A stretch of DNA of 63,072 nt, filler included, from Guillardia theta CCMP2712 (lineage: Eukaryota > Protista > Cryptophyta), in NCBI RefSeq assembly GCF_000315625.1. It is 8 parts of 8 records of this genome, joined end to end, with 100 filler letters (N's around TTAATTAATTAA, not from the genome) between each part and the next. Parts side by side here need not be neighbours in the genome. Positions count along the whole stretch, not along the records: positions 20,555 to 32,208 come from NW_005434655.1; positions 32,309 to 35,346 come from NW_005434084.1; positions 35,447 to 39,574 come from NW_005434145.1; 5 more parts are not named here. One strand, given 5' to 3'. The position numbers and the translations under genes were made by a program. The notes beneath the pieces were generated by a model. It ran no database searches. It saw only the letters and a list, made by a program, of their open reading frames with translations, and had not been told where the DNA came from. This document shows, piece after piece, positions 23,858-37,677 of this stretch. Every line of letters begins with the position of its first letter. The stretch's first letter is position 1.

Positions 23858-24518
23858 GGGGGCAGGCGAAGGGTTGGTAACGCCCGAGGGTGTAGCAGGG
23901 CAGCAGAGCTGATGTAAGCAGAGTGTGTGTATGGGCTAGGCTTGAAAGGGAGCTTGGCAAGTAAATAAACGGGGCCTTGAGCACCAGGAGACAGTGCGTG
24001 CGTCCTGTGAGTCTACGGCAAGACCTGCACAGTCGCAATCCCAGCAGTAGAGGCAGGCGAGGGCTAGAGACGCCTCGACGGGGAGGAGCCTGAGAGCGGC
24101 AGAGGCTGAGTCAGGACCGGACGTGATAGGAGGTCGGAGCTCGAGACCGAGTGACTGGTCGAGCTGGTCCAAGGAGGAGGAGCAGGCCCAGAGCTCGCCC
24201 CGAGACTATGAGGGTGTGAGGACGTGCTTCAACGGCTTGAGGCCTTGGAGAGGGAGGTCGTTGACAGCACCAGGACGAGCGCAGCTCTGAGGGCACCTGA
24301 GTGAGGTTCGGTCACCCCCCGCAGCTTTACGGGTGGCAGATGTCCATGGCAAATGCTCAAGGCACCTCCGCGGGACCACACGCAAAGGTGAGGTACCACC
24401 CGTACTCGGCACTCTCTGTCGCCCAACAGGGGTTGTACTCCCCAAGTCCAGTAGCCTTGCTGCCCTCGTGGCTGTAAGACACGACCCGACCATAGCTTCT
24501 CTTGCTGCCCCGTCCTGC

Positions 24519-25231
24519 TCAATAAGACTGGTTACTGCGCAGGCTTGAGCTCGCCTTCACAGAGCTCTGATGGGATCGTCGTGTCGCTCTACATCGTATC
24601 CGCAAGGCAGGCGGTATGATGACTTGCCTGTCAGAGTCAGATGTTGAGGAGCCAGCACGTTTGACTCTCGCAACGGTCACGTGACTCTACCTGTCAGATC
24701 TATTTATGAAATATAACCCTTTTTAAGGTAGCGCCCTCTCCCTGCCAACCGAGCTCCTTTCAAAATTGCCTCCGAAGGTCCGGGGACAACTTTGACTGTC
24801 AGCTGACAGGAAAGGCCCATGACTCCTGTCCCCCTTCAAGGTCTGGCGACGAAATATAGCCTGTTAAAGCAGAGACAGTCCTTTTATCGCTCCCCTCCCC
24901 TCAATAAGACTCCTTCCTGCGCAGGCTTGAGCTCGCCTTCACAGAGCTCTGATAGGATCGTCTTGTCGCTCTACATCGTATCCGCAAGGCAGGCGGTATG
25001 ATGACTTTTGACTGTCAGAGTCAGATGTTGAGGAAGCAGCACGTTTGACTCTCGCAACGGTCACGTGACTCTACCTGTCAGATCTATTTATCGGCTTCTC
25101 CCTGCCAACCGAGCTCCTTTCAAAATTACCTCCGAAGGTCCGGGGACAACTTTGACTGTCAGCTGACAGGAAAGGCCCATGACTCCTGTCTCCCTTCAAG
25201 GTCTGGCGACGAAATATAGCCTGTTAAAGCA
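24519..25231 (+). repeat. ~340-bp tandem direct duplication
   Basis: 24519-24871 is near-identical to 24901-25231. Confidence 0.9.
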
Positions 25232-25416
25232 GGAACAGTCGCTCCTCATACCAACAAAAGATTTTGATATATAGCTTACAGTCGCTCCAACTACCCCCTT
25301 TTATAGCTCCCCTCCCCTCCTGCCCACCGCTCGCTCGTCCTCTCTCTCTCTGTCTGCTGCAACAAGCTTCTCTCTTCAAGCCCTCCCCTCTGACCTCTTC
25401 CTCGGCCTTCTCCTCC

Positions 25417-25880
25417 ATGAAGACTCCCCTCTCCTCTGTCCTCACCGTCTCCCCCCGCCCTCGCAGCAGCCTGCCCCTCGCCCCCTCCCCTCCTCCCCCC
25501 GTCACCCTCGATGTCTAACGCGTTCTACACTCACTCTTCCGTCTGCNNNNNNNNNNNNNNNNNNNNNNNNNNNNNNNNNNNNNNNNNNNNNNNNNNNNNN
25601 NNNNNNNNNNNNNNNNNNNNNNNNNNNNNNNNNNNNNNNNNNNNNNNNNNNNNNNNNNNNNNNNNNNNNNNNNNNNNNNNNNNNNNNNNNNNNNNNNNNN
25701 NNNNNNNNNNNNNNNNNNNNNNNNNNNNNNNNNNNNNNNNNNNNNNNNNNNNNNNNNNNNNNNNNNNNNNNNNNNNNNNNNNNNNNNNNNNNNNNNNNNN
25801 NNNNNNNNNNNNNNNNNNNNNNNNNNNNNNNNNNNNTTCCTGGTGGAGGGCCGGGGAGGCAGAGGGGGATGAGAAGACGG
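25417..25880 (+). CDS. Second RWP-RK paralogue (mostly in gap; possibly disrupted)
   Basis: 25410-25510 is near-identical to 23401-23501. 25837-25870 and ~26000-26066 match the 3' end and flank of copy 1. A TAA follows VTLDV just before the gap. Confidence 0.6.
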
Positions 25881-26963
25881 GGAGGAAGGAGGGGGCANNN
25901 NNNNNNNNNNNNNNNNNNNNNNNNNNNNNNNNNNNNNNNNNNNNNNNNNNNNNNNNNNNNNNNNNNNNNNNNNNNNNNNNNNNNNNNNNNNNNNNNNGAG
26001 CTTGATGTGGATGAAGAGTGTGTGTATGGGCTAGCCTCCAAAGGGAGCTTGGCAAGTAAATAAACTGTACGATCTGAAGCGAAGCCCTGTAAGAGACCGG
26101 GAGGGTGCGAGAATATCTGAGAGGACCTGGAGAAGGGGCGGGGGAGGCCGAGCAATCTAAGGGTGGAGGGAGGGGTTGTCAAGAGCTCGATAGGAGACTC
26201 TCAGGGAGGAAGGTCATCGATGGCCGATCAGAACTGGCTTGGTTAGTTAGAAGTCACAAGTCGTTTCGCGGTGAGCCCGGCCATGGGCCAGCATAACTGT
26301 TACTGTAACCACCAACCACACTGACCGCACTGACAAGATACCATCATGTTAGCTGTATGTCGGCCGCCCTGTAGCACAGCCAGCCATGTCGGTGGCGCCA
26401 GCGTTGCCAGACCCCCGAGGTTGAGATGGGTCCAAGCTTCCCTAGCATTTCTCGATCCGATCAACATACAAATGATTGTGGGATAGAACTATCAGAGATC
26501 TGTGAAGGCGGGCTGAAGCCTCCACAAGAAGGAGTCTTATTGAGCAGGAGGGGGCAGCAAGAGAAGCTATGGTCTGGTCTTACAGCCACGAGGGCAGCAA
26601 GAGAAGGAGTCACAGGAGGAGAAGGAAGGAGGCGAGGGAAGGAGAAGGGAGAACTTGAAAGGGAAGCCTGCAACCGAGGGAGAAAAAGGGAGATAGCGGG
26701 GGCAGGAGGGGAATACTGAGTGGGGAAGTAATGTACTGGGGAGCGACTGTTTCTGCTTCATCAGGCAACATTTCGTTCCTTTGGGATCGTGGGATGCTTC
26801 AGTCACGATACTGTCAAACATGTTTCTTCCACAGATATACTTGCTGGTCACCATAGCTACAGTGGCCGACGGGTATCATAACGAGATACTCTACAAGATC
26901 TTCAAAGGCCCTCGGCCCTGATGCAGCTCCCGGCGCCCGGGCCTTCGCTCGCTCGCTCGTTCA

Positions 26964-28700
26964 TCAATGGACTAGCTCGGCCTCGTCGAATTCCTTGGTT
27001 ACAAACTCCGACCTGAGAGAGTAAAAGCCCGTCAGCAAGGCCTGATACTGAGCAAGTTCACTCACTGTAGAATGTCTTGCATGGTCCCTTCATCCTCTCC
27101 GCCTTCATCCTCGCAAGGAACGTAATCGAGACGGTACCTGAGCACGATCAACGCAGAGGAGAGAGTGAAGTCTGTAGTACCTCGGGTTGTCCGCTGGGTT
27201 GGAGTAGAAATGCTCCAGGAAGTTGAACTGGACCTCCTCCAGAGTGACGTCATCTATCATCTTGCAAATGAGCAGAGCCAGCTCGAACTTGCTCAGCCGA
27301 TTCTCATTCACGTCTCGGAGGGACTCGGAGAGATCGCTATTCCTCTGCTTCTCGCAGACCATCTGGTAGAAAAGGATCGCAAGAGACGTGATAGCCGAGA
27401 TCAAGAGATTGCGCGAATTCTCAGGGCCGATGCTCAGTAGTATCATGTTGAAGAGTATGTTGGATACTGTCGTGAGCTTGTTGTCCGAATCTCGGATCGA
27501 CGGTTTGATCTGCCTCCGGAAATTGTTCGAGATTACCAACTCTTTGATTCTGTACAGGGAAGACAAGTTGAGAGCCATGAGTGAGAAAATCTGAATCTGC
27601 TGCGCGAAAGATCGGTGGAGAAAAACTTTGAGCGGATCTCGCTGCAGCTGCCGCCCCAGTGCTTTGAGCACCACAAGGTTGTGGGCTCGCCTCTGTGAGT
27701 CTCCGCCGAGGTAGTGCTCGAAGATCCAGCAGAGCGGCCAGACGAGGAGGAAGGAGAGGACCACAAGAACCAGGCTGAGCGCAATCAAGACGAGGAAAGC
27801 TAGCAGCCAGAAGGCATAATAGGTCAACGGGTAGAACTCCTTCACTAGGAGAATGGCGCAGATCCTTAGCGAGGCCGTCTGCGCTTCGTCGTCACTGATG
27901 CCTGGTATGGGGGGAGATGTAAACTGCCACCAGTCGGCTCGACTTCGGAGGATCAGGAAGCATCCCCGGACTTGGAAGAAGAGAGTGTACAGGAGGAAGA
28001 TAATCGAGACGCTGTTGTTGAAATATTCGCTCTCGCTCCGCCATGGAGGGATCTTCCTGCTGAGGAGGTTGAGGGTTCCGGCTCTGATAGTCCTGTATGA
28101 ATGCTTCAAGCCCTCGTGGTTGCTGTAGGTCGAATCCGACGGGGTCGCCCCCTTCTCACTCACGGTCCCTCGGTACCGATGTAGCAGGTACCGGGCAAAC
28201 CCTTTGTCCGTCTTGGCGTTTCCTTCCTCCAAACTCTCGAGGGGCTCGAACTGAAGCTGCCTGTTATCCTTCTGGTACTTCACACGAATGGGGAATACAG
28301 TTCCCTCCTCCAGCTGATTGATGCTCGCTAGCGCCTTGGTGAAGTGTTCGTAGGCTTGCTGGCCATGCGCGGAGCGCTCCGGTTCAACTTTGAGCTTCTT
28401 CTCCTCCACGCTCTCATAGCCAGCCAGCTCCTTGAACCAGGTGTAGTTTCCTCCCAGATATCGCTCCTCCTCTGGCCTGCAGTAGATGTCCCAAGGATGC
28501 CTCTTGTGGACGTCAGGGTCGAATGGTTGGCCTGTCGTGGGATGACTTTCGTAAGGACGTCCTGTGAACGGGTCGATGTTGGGCTCTCCCAGGTCCTGGC
28601 TCCCCCAGAAGGCATCGACAAGCTGTCCTCTGCTCTCCTGAAGGAGGAAAACAGGATGAAGCCTCCCCAGGACCCTTCGTAGCGTGTAAGCCCCGCTCAT
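26964..28700 (-). CDS. Hypothetical multi-pass membrane protein
   Basis: Long ORF 27105-28970 with several hydrophobic segments, plus short terminal exons ending AELVH*. Confidence 0.6.
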
Positions 28701-29290
28701 TCCGCCATAGCTCCAAATCCGGCAGGGAGGAGGGGGTTGTGGTAGAAATAGGGAGAAATGTGGGGTAGTGAAGGTAGTGAGAAGAATTGAAGGGTACTCT
28801 CTGGGAACAAAGGGGGTAGGGGTGATGGAGGTAATGATTGAGTAAGTGGAGGGGGTAGGGGTGGGAGGGGTGGTAAAAATAGGGGTACAAATGAAGGGAG
28901 AAAAGGGGGTCATTGTATTGTAATATATTGACGGGTGGGGAGAGGGATGCGGCTGGTGAATGGAGAACACAGCTCCCTGATTCGTGGAGGGAGAAGGAGA
29001 GGGGGGGAGAGCAGAGCAGAGCAGAGCAGAGCAGAGCAGAGCAGAGCAGAGCAGAGCAGAGCAGAGGAGGGGAGGGGAGGGGAGTGAGGAGTGGAGAAGG
29101 GAGAGGAGAGCAGAGGGAGAGGAGAAGAAAGAGGAGAGCAGAGCAGAGGAGGGGAGAGTAGAAGACGAGAACAGAGAAGAGGGAGAGAGGCGAGAGGCGA
29201 GAGAAGAAAGGAGAGGAAAGGAACCAGAAGCGGAACGTACTTACAGAGTAAAAAAGAACACTTTCAGAGTGTATCGAGCCATAATTTTGA

Positions 29291-31763
<2,473 letters not shown>

Positions 31764-31836
31764 GGTGACAGTCTCATCTTGCGAATAACTTAGCCGAACC
31801 ATCCTCCTCCTCCTCCGTCTCCTCCTCCTCCTCCAG

Positions 31837-32150
31837 GAAGTGCAGGTCTGCTGAACATGCAGGTTGTCCTCCAAGTCCAGGATGAGTTCTCCTCCGTCAA
31901 GAGGTGACCTGAGGCTGCCTGCCATCAAAGAGTTTGACCCGTTGAAACGCAGGAGGAGCGATCCCCAATCGTTCTCTGTTCATGTCCTTCCCATCAACGA
32001 TCCCCCGTCCTTTCAGCTCGTCGGGGAGATATCTGTGGTGAATATTCCTGCAGTCTTCTTGTTCGTTCTGCTGATTGCAGTCCCCATTCCAGTACCTTTC
32101 CACACAATTCGTCCGGGTGGCAGACTCGTTGGTCGCGGGCCCATGGAACG
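31837..32150 (+). CDS. Exons of a cadherin/Ig-like repeat surface protein (fragment)
   Basis: GSAGLLNMQVVLQVQD / SDPQSFSVHVLPINDPPSF / SLVAGPWNE resemble the V.PVNDxP.F repeat signature. Confidence 0.5.
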
Positions 32151-32679
32151 AGGTTGTTTTGAAGGATTGCATTCAACTTTTGGATCGATTGAAGCTGCTA
32201 TCTCCAGANNNNNNNNNNNNNNNNNNNNNNNNNNNNNNNNNNNNNNNNNNNNTTAATTAATTAANNNNNNNNNNNNNNNNNNNNNNNNNNNNNNNNNNNN
32301 NNNNNNNNTTTACAAGGACGGGAGGATCAGATTGCGCACCTCAAGCCGATGTACTCGCAAGTCTCCTCCCCTCCTCCTATGCTACGTCTGATGCCCTGAG
32401 CAGCGAGGTTGCGTCGGTCCGAAAAGACCAGGTCAAGCTCATGCGAGACAGTGGATGAGAGGAGTGGGTGGGAGAGGGGAGGAGGAGGAGGAGGGAGGGG
32501 GAGGGATTGGGAGACCTGAGGAGGATAAGAGGATGGTCTGAATGTTTACTCATCATGTATATTTTACAGATCAAGGACGTATGACGACAAGGTATAACAT
32601 ACCCTCCTCTCCCCTTCCCTCCTCTGCCTGCCTGCCTGCCTCCACTCGTTTCCCAGTTCTTCATTCCTTTCCCCTGCAC

Positions 32680-33783
32680 AGGCCCTCCTTCTTCGGGACA
32701 GCGCCCACCTAGTGGCCGACTACGGTGCTCATGTACCCAAGTGAGTTTCACCCTCACACAGCTCTCTTCTCATCTCCTCTTCAGGAAAGGGGAAGTCATG
32801 CACAGGGAAACTGAAGGAGCCGTCGGAGAAGACAAAGTGAGAAGGATCATGGAGAAGAGGGAGAGGAGAAGGAGAGAAGAGGGAGAGAAGAGAAGGGATG
32901 AGAGGAGAGGAGAGGCGGAGGAGGAGGCGGAGGAGGCAGAGGAGGGAAGGGGGCGAGGAAAGGAGAGGGGGAGGAGCGCTCAACAGTCTCCAGGCGCTGC
33001 TGCACGAGGATCACAAGAGGCTAAGGAAGGACTTCTCCAACATGAGGAGGCAACCCGTCTGACCTCCTCGAGTTTGCGCTGACTCCCTGGATCAGGGACA
33101 GGAGGCAGCTGGAGCAGGATGAGCACAGCACTGTGGATGTAGGACGGGGACCCCTTCCTTCCATGCCCATGACTCGTGGTGGCAGGTGAGGGGGGCCAAG
33201 GGTGCCAAACGAGCTGAGAAAATGTACGACAACGACGAGCCCTCCTCCAGCAGCCACCGAAGGCACGCTAGCCACAGTGGCGCCCTGACCTCTGGCAAAG
33301 TCAAGATGGTGAGCCCAACTTGTCAAACTCATGCTCCTAAGTCAACCCTCTTGCAGATCATGGCTGGGCTGTGCGGAGTCCTCCTGGTGCTGCTGGGTAA
33401 GAGCTGGGAAGGGCTGGGTTTCCTCTTCCGACCCTTCGGCTTTGCAGGCATCCTCGTCCTCTTCCGTCAGTCTCGTTCAAGTCGTTCGTCAAACGCCGCT
33501 GAGTCCGGCGACAGGCAAATCCCTGCTGCTCCTCCAGCTGCCTTCCTCCTTCGCTCCTCCTCCTCCCCCTCCCTCCTCCTCCTCCTTCGCTCCTCCTCCT
33601 CCTCCTCCTCCTCCTTCGCTCCTCCTTCGCTCCTCCTCCCCCTCCTCCCCTCCCCTTCTCACTCTCATGCGTGTCTTAGGATTCCCCTGCGGCAAGGAGA
33701 CCCTCGATCCATCCCGGTAAAAGTCAACTCACCCGCTCCCTCAAGGCTCATCCCTTGCATCGCAGAAGCACATGACCTTGTAG
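32680..33783 (+). CDS. 3' exons of a single-pass membrane protein
   Basis: Spliced exons give the TM segment IMAGLCGVLLVLLGILVLF, then RQSR, ending KHMTL*. Confidence 0.4.
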
Positions 33784-33879
33784 CCCCGAGGCCTCTGCTG
33801 GACTTTGAGCTGAGAAAGCAGCTGGGAGCTGGCGGCCGCATCGGCCTGGATGGCTCCGGCTCCAGCAACGGAGTCAGGC

Positions 33880-35346
33880 TCACCCAAGACTTTTGCTGTC
33901 CTGGCCGTTGGCATGCAACAAGGCTGACAAGCTTGAGATGAATGAATGCACATACTCCTCTATCCTGAGCCCGTTGATGGCATCCTCGAAGGATTCGAGC
34001 AGTGGAGACTCCAGCACGATCCCAAGAGCGTGCTGGACGCTCGCATGCTGCACCAGCGGTTAACGGACTTTGACATGGTCAGTCCACCATACTGACCTGG
34101 AGGATGTCCGGAGAAAGCCAGTCCAGCAGGCTGTAGGAAGTTGTCAGGAGCTCGTCAAGGTCGTCAAGACTCTTGCAAGCTACCGGAAGGGGATCGTCTC
34201 CAGAGGGCCAGCTGACGAGCTGAGAAACGGCGTCAGATGTCTGGTCCCCATGGAGCAGCAAGGGATGCCTGTAGGTCGTCACGAAGACCTCGTCGACGTA
34301 GAGGTAGTCCGAGTCTGCTACCACGTACTTCACCTGCGCCGAGCTTCACCCTCCTCTCCTGCTTCCCCTCCCTCCTCCCCATCACCCGCTGCGTTCGGTT
34401 CTGGACTGTGACGATCTTGGCGGTGTGTTGACAAGCATGGAGGGGGGTCGTCAAGTCGACCCTGAGCGTTCTCAGCTCACTCTTAGAGGCCACTGGGCTG
34501 ATACACACAACGTCCCCCTCCTTCAGCTCGTCCGCAAACATGTGTTTGACATCCGGTGTAGTCACGTTGCCGGACGAGGCAAGTACCGGCAAGACATGCT
34601 TCCTTGAGAGCTGCAGCTGCAAGGCTTGTCCTTGACTCGTTCTTGCCGTGACTATCGACGTCTGCCTTGCTGTCTCATGCTCGAACACGAAGACAACTCG
34701 CGCGAACCTCGTCTTGTTCCTACGGTTGTCATGTGACAGGATCCCTGTCCCCCGGGGTTTGACGTCCTTGATCCTGATCCGTTCAGCCCTGACCCCCTCA
34801 CTGCCCGCCCCTTCTGCTGCCTCCTCCACTTGTCTCAGCACGCTTCCGTCCACACTGAAACATCCTGCCAGCACTGACTTTCCTACAGCAGTACACTGAG
34901 AGTTCGCAGTTATGTACGCCTGCTGGGAGACAGGGGCTGCCGCACATAGTTAGTTCATGTTCAGCCTCCCGTTCCTCGAGTTGCTCCTCCTCTCACCTCC
35001 AGCACTGTAGACGCTGAGGAAGTTGCAGCGGCTGCCGATGGAGGCGAAGTATGGGAGGGTAACGTTGTTGCAAGAGGCGTGCATGGCGGCGCAGGAGTCG
35101 TAGCAGATCTGCGTGAACTCCTTGTCGTCGTTGGTGCACAAGGGGAAGTGGTAGGCACAGATGACTTGCTTGAGGGCTGTGACGCAGGCAGCTGAGGGCT
35201 GACTCTGAGAGTAGAGCTGAACCATCTTCTCAGCATAGGCCAGGTCCGTCTTTGCCTGCGAGCAGGACTGGGAGACCCCAGAAAGTGAGCGAGGAGAGCA
35301 GAGGAGAGGGTGGAGGGACAGCCAGCAGGTCACCTGGAGGACGGTG
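33880..35346 (-). CDS. Frizzled-type cysteine-rich domain + Hint/Hog autoprocessing domain protein, 5' partial
   Basis: CVTALKQVICAYHFPLC..QICYDSCAAMHASC..RC spliced in frame (intron 34937-34996) to G|CFSVDGSV, LSRKH, ADELKEGDVV, YVDEVFVTTY and a helical tail. Confidence 0.8.
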
Positions 35347-35461
35347 NNNNNNNNNNNNNNNNNNNNNNNNNNNNNNNNNNNNNNNNNNNNTTAATTAATT
35401 AANNNNNNNNNNNNNNNNNNNNNNNNNNNNNNNNNNNNNNNNNNNNCCTCCACCTCTTCCC

Positions 35462-36166
35462 TTAGCTCACCTTAACATCCACAAGCACGTCATCAAGAGG
35501 TTCAGGAAACTGCCAGCTCATGGCCCGATCGGTCTCGGAGAACATCACTCCTCCTCTCCCCTCTGTCAGATCTCGCTTCCCCCAAGACAGCAGCGTCACG
35601 TCGAACTCCAAGGTCGCAAACGGCTTCATGCCATCCCAAGGGGGGTTTGCTCCGTAGCCATACGCGCCCTTGACGATGAAGTTGGCTCGCTCCCCTTGCT
35701 TCATGGTGGAGACGCCGATCTCGAGTCCTCTCACAATCTCCCTCTTGCCATACCGAAACACCAGCGGGTCGTTGACTGTCCTGTTGAGAAAGCACTTGTC
35801 CGGTTGCTGGTACACCCTTCCGACCACAACTAGGGACATTTCATCTCCCACCGACAGCTCAGGGCTCAGCCATCCAGGCTCTAGGATCTGCTTCTGCACT
35901 CCACTGTCTTCCGTGAGAGACACAGTCCTCTCGTCCTCCGAGCAAACCTCTGGGAACTCATCACCCCCTCCCCGAAGCCGCAAGGCAGCCATGTTCGCTA
36001 TACCTCCCTTCCCACGGAGACTTTGTCTCTTGCATGTCCTAACTGCATGAGGGTCTAGACCCGATGTGGGAGACGAGTAGTCTCCTCCTGCTGCCCACCC
36101 CTGCCCACCCCCCAGCATCGCCAGCGCTGCTGCCAACAACCCCACCACTCTCCGCCATCGCACCAT
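35462..36166 (-). CDS. Multi-domain FKBP-type PPIase (FKBP52/ROF1-like) with signal peptide and LRLRGG leader, 3' partial
   Basis: GVQKQILEPG, IVRGLEIGVSTMKQGERANF..AYGYG, ATLEFDVTLLSW, DLT..GGV. The second FKBP domain starts before the gap. Confidence 0.88.
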   Translation of the reverse strand: MVRWRRVVGLLAAALAMLGGGQGWAAGGDYSSPTSGLDPHAVRTCKRQSLRGKGGIANMAALRLRGGGDEFPEVCSEDERTVSLTEDSGVQKQILEPGWLSPELSVGDEMSLVVVGRVYQQPDKCFLNRTVNDPLVFRYGKREIVRGLEIGVSTMKQGERANFIVKGAYGYGANPPWDGMKPFATLEFDVTLLSWGKRDLTEGRGGVMFSETDRAMSWQFPEPLDDVLVDVKVS

Positions 36167-37545
36167 TGGGATCCCCGCAACACGTTGCAGCTTTTGGAAT
36201 CCGTTACAACCCAACTATCGGGGCCCGGGGCCCGGGGGGGGCTACCAACACTGAGTGGATTACTCAGTGTTTTAAAAGTGTTTTAAATGGCAGTTACACA
36301 GAAGGTTTTAGTGTAACGGATATAAGTACCGGCGGACGTTCTTTATTCCTCTGCGCTATTCATGATCTGATGACCCACGTAATGACCCCACCCTATGACT
36401 GTCCATGACTCTATTTAAGGGGGTGGTAGGACTGAACACATTTGTCATGGGTAGTGTTGATATCACGGTAGGGGTTATCCCTCATTAGTGATCTCACGAA
36501 AAGGGTGAGGGTACATATTTCTACTACCAAAAGGGGGGTGAAACACTATCAAATAGGGGTAGAGGGTGGTCAATGGTGACAAGGAGGCCGGGGGGTGGGG
36601 TGGGGTAACGTGAGGACGTAGCTGATCCTGTCAGGGACCATCGTCATGACCTTCTTCAGCCAGGCATTCTCGAGCCACCCCTACCCCTCCATCTCCCCAG
36701 AATTTATTAATAGGACTACCCACCCCTGGTAGGCTTTCCATCCTCCGATCTGATACAGTTACGATCGTTACATCACATTGTACCCCCACCCCCTCATGTA
36801 CCAGCCTTTTCCACCGTTTCACAGAATCACGGCCCCACCCCTCCATCCACCTGCCCCATCCCATGGACCCACCCCTTGCTGATAGACTTTGCACTGGACC
36901 CCCCATTCTGGAGAGCATGGTTCACGACCCACGTCACTCTCGCTGACTACACCCGTACTTATGGGGTGCAACGTACCGGTTAAATTTGTCCACGGATAAG
37001 ATAAGCTCTGTACCCCTATCACTTTCATCCACTACCCCTGTACCTTCCTAGTACCACCCCTGTAAACTAGAACCCCATGCGGCTGACGTTCGATCTGTGA
37101 CCGAGAGACCCCATGGTTATGCGATCAGGTACCCCTACCCCCTCGAGGGTCTTGAACAGAACACCTCAGGACCCACCCTGATCATAGCTCAGTCATCGCT
37201 TTGTATGACAGAACCCGTTCATTTCCCTCTCATACTACCCACCCCCTACCATACCCACCCCATGTTCTAGAGTCATATATCTCCCAACTGGACACCCCAC
37301 CCTGTGTTGCGTCCAGTAGCAGTACCCTGACTATAGTGCCAACATCTGGGACCCGACAACCACCAGATACCTCAGTGAATTTGCCTACCCATCCCATTCC
37401 TGAAATTACCCTTACAAATAGCTTTAGACACCAGTCAAAAGTATAGGTAGGGTATTATACCCTACCTATACTTTTTGAGATCATGTTTGCCCCCACCCTA
37501 CGAAAATTACTACCCCACCCCACATTGTTTACGCCCCTCCCCCTT

Positions 37546-37553
37546 CTATAAAG
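37546..37553 (+). promoter_or_regulatory. TATA-like box upstream of the CoADR-rhodanese gene
   Basis: ctataaag ~130 nt before ATG 37678, followed by a pyrimidine-rich leader. Confidence 0.3.
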
Positions 37554-37677
37554 CGTTCCATCGTCCCCTGCTCCACCAAATTGCCACTCCTCCTCCTCCT
37601 CCTCCATTCCCCCATTGCGATCGCATTCCCGCCTCTCCCTCTCCTACTCGTACTCTTGAAACAAGTTTGAACTACCC

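Larger units (their letters stand above)
24456..26601. mobile_element. Putative inverted-repeat-bounded cassette carrying the second RWP-RK copy
   Basis: 24456-24571 and 26491-26601 are ~115-bp imperfect inverted repeats. No TSD seen. Confidence 0.4.

Noticed and set aside
35255-35470. FKBP fused to CRD-Hint as one gene
   Set aside because: Same strand but separated by a gap of unknown size. There is no evidence for continuity.
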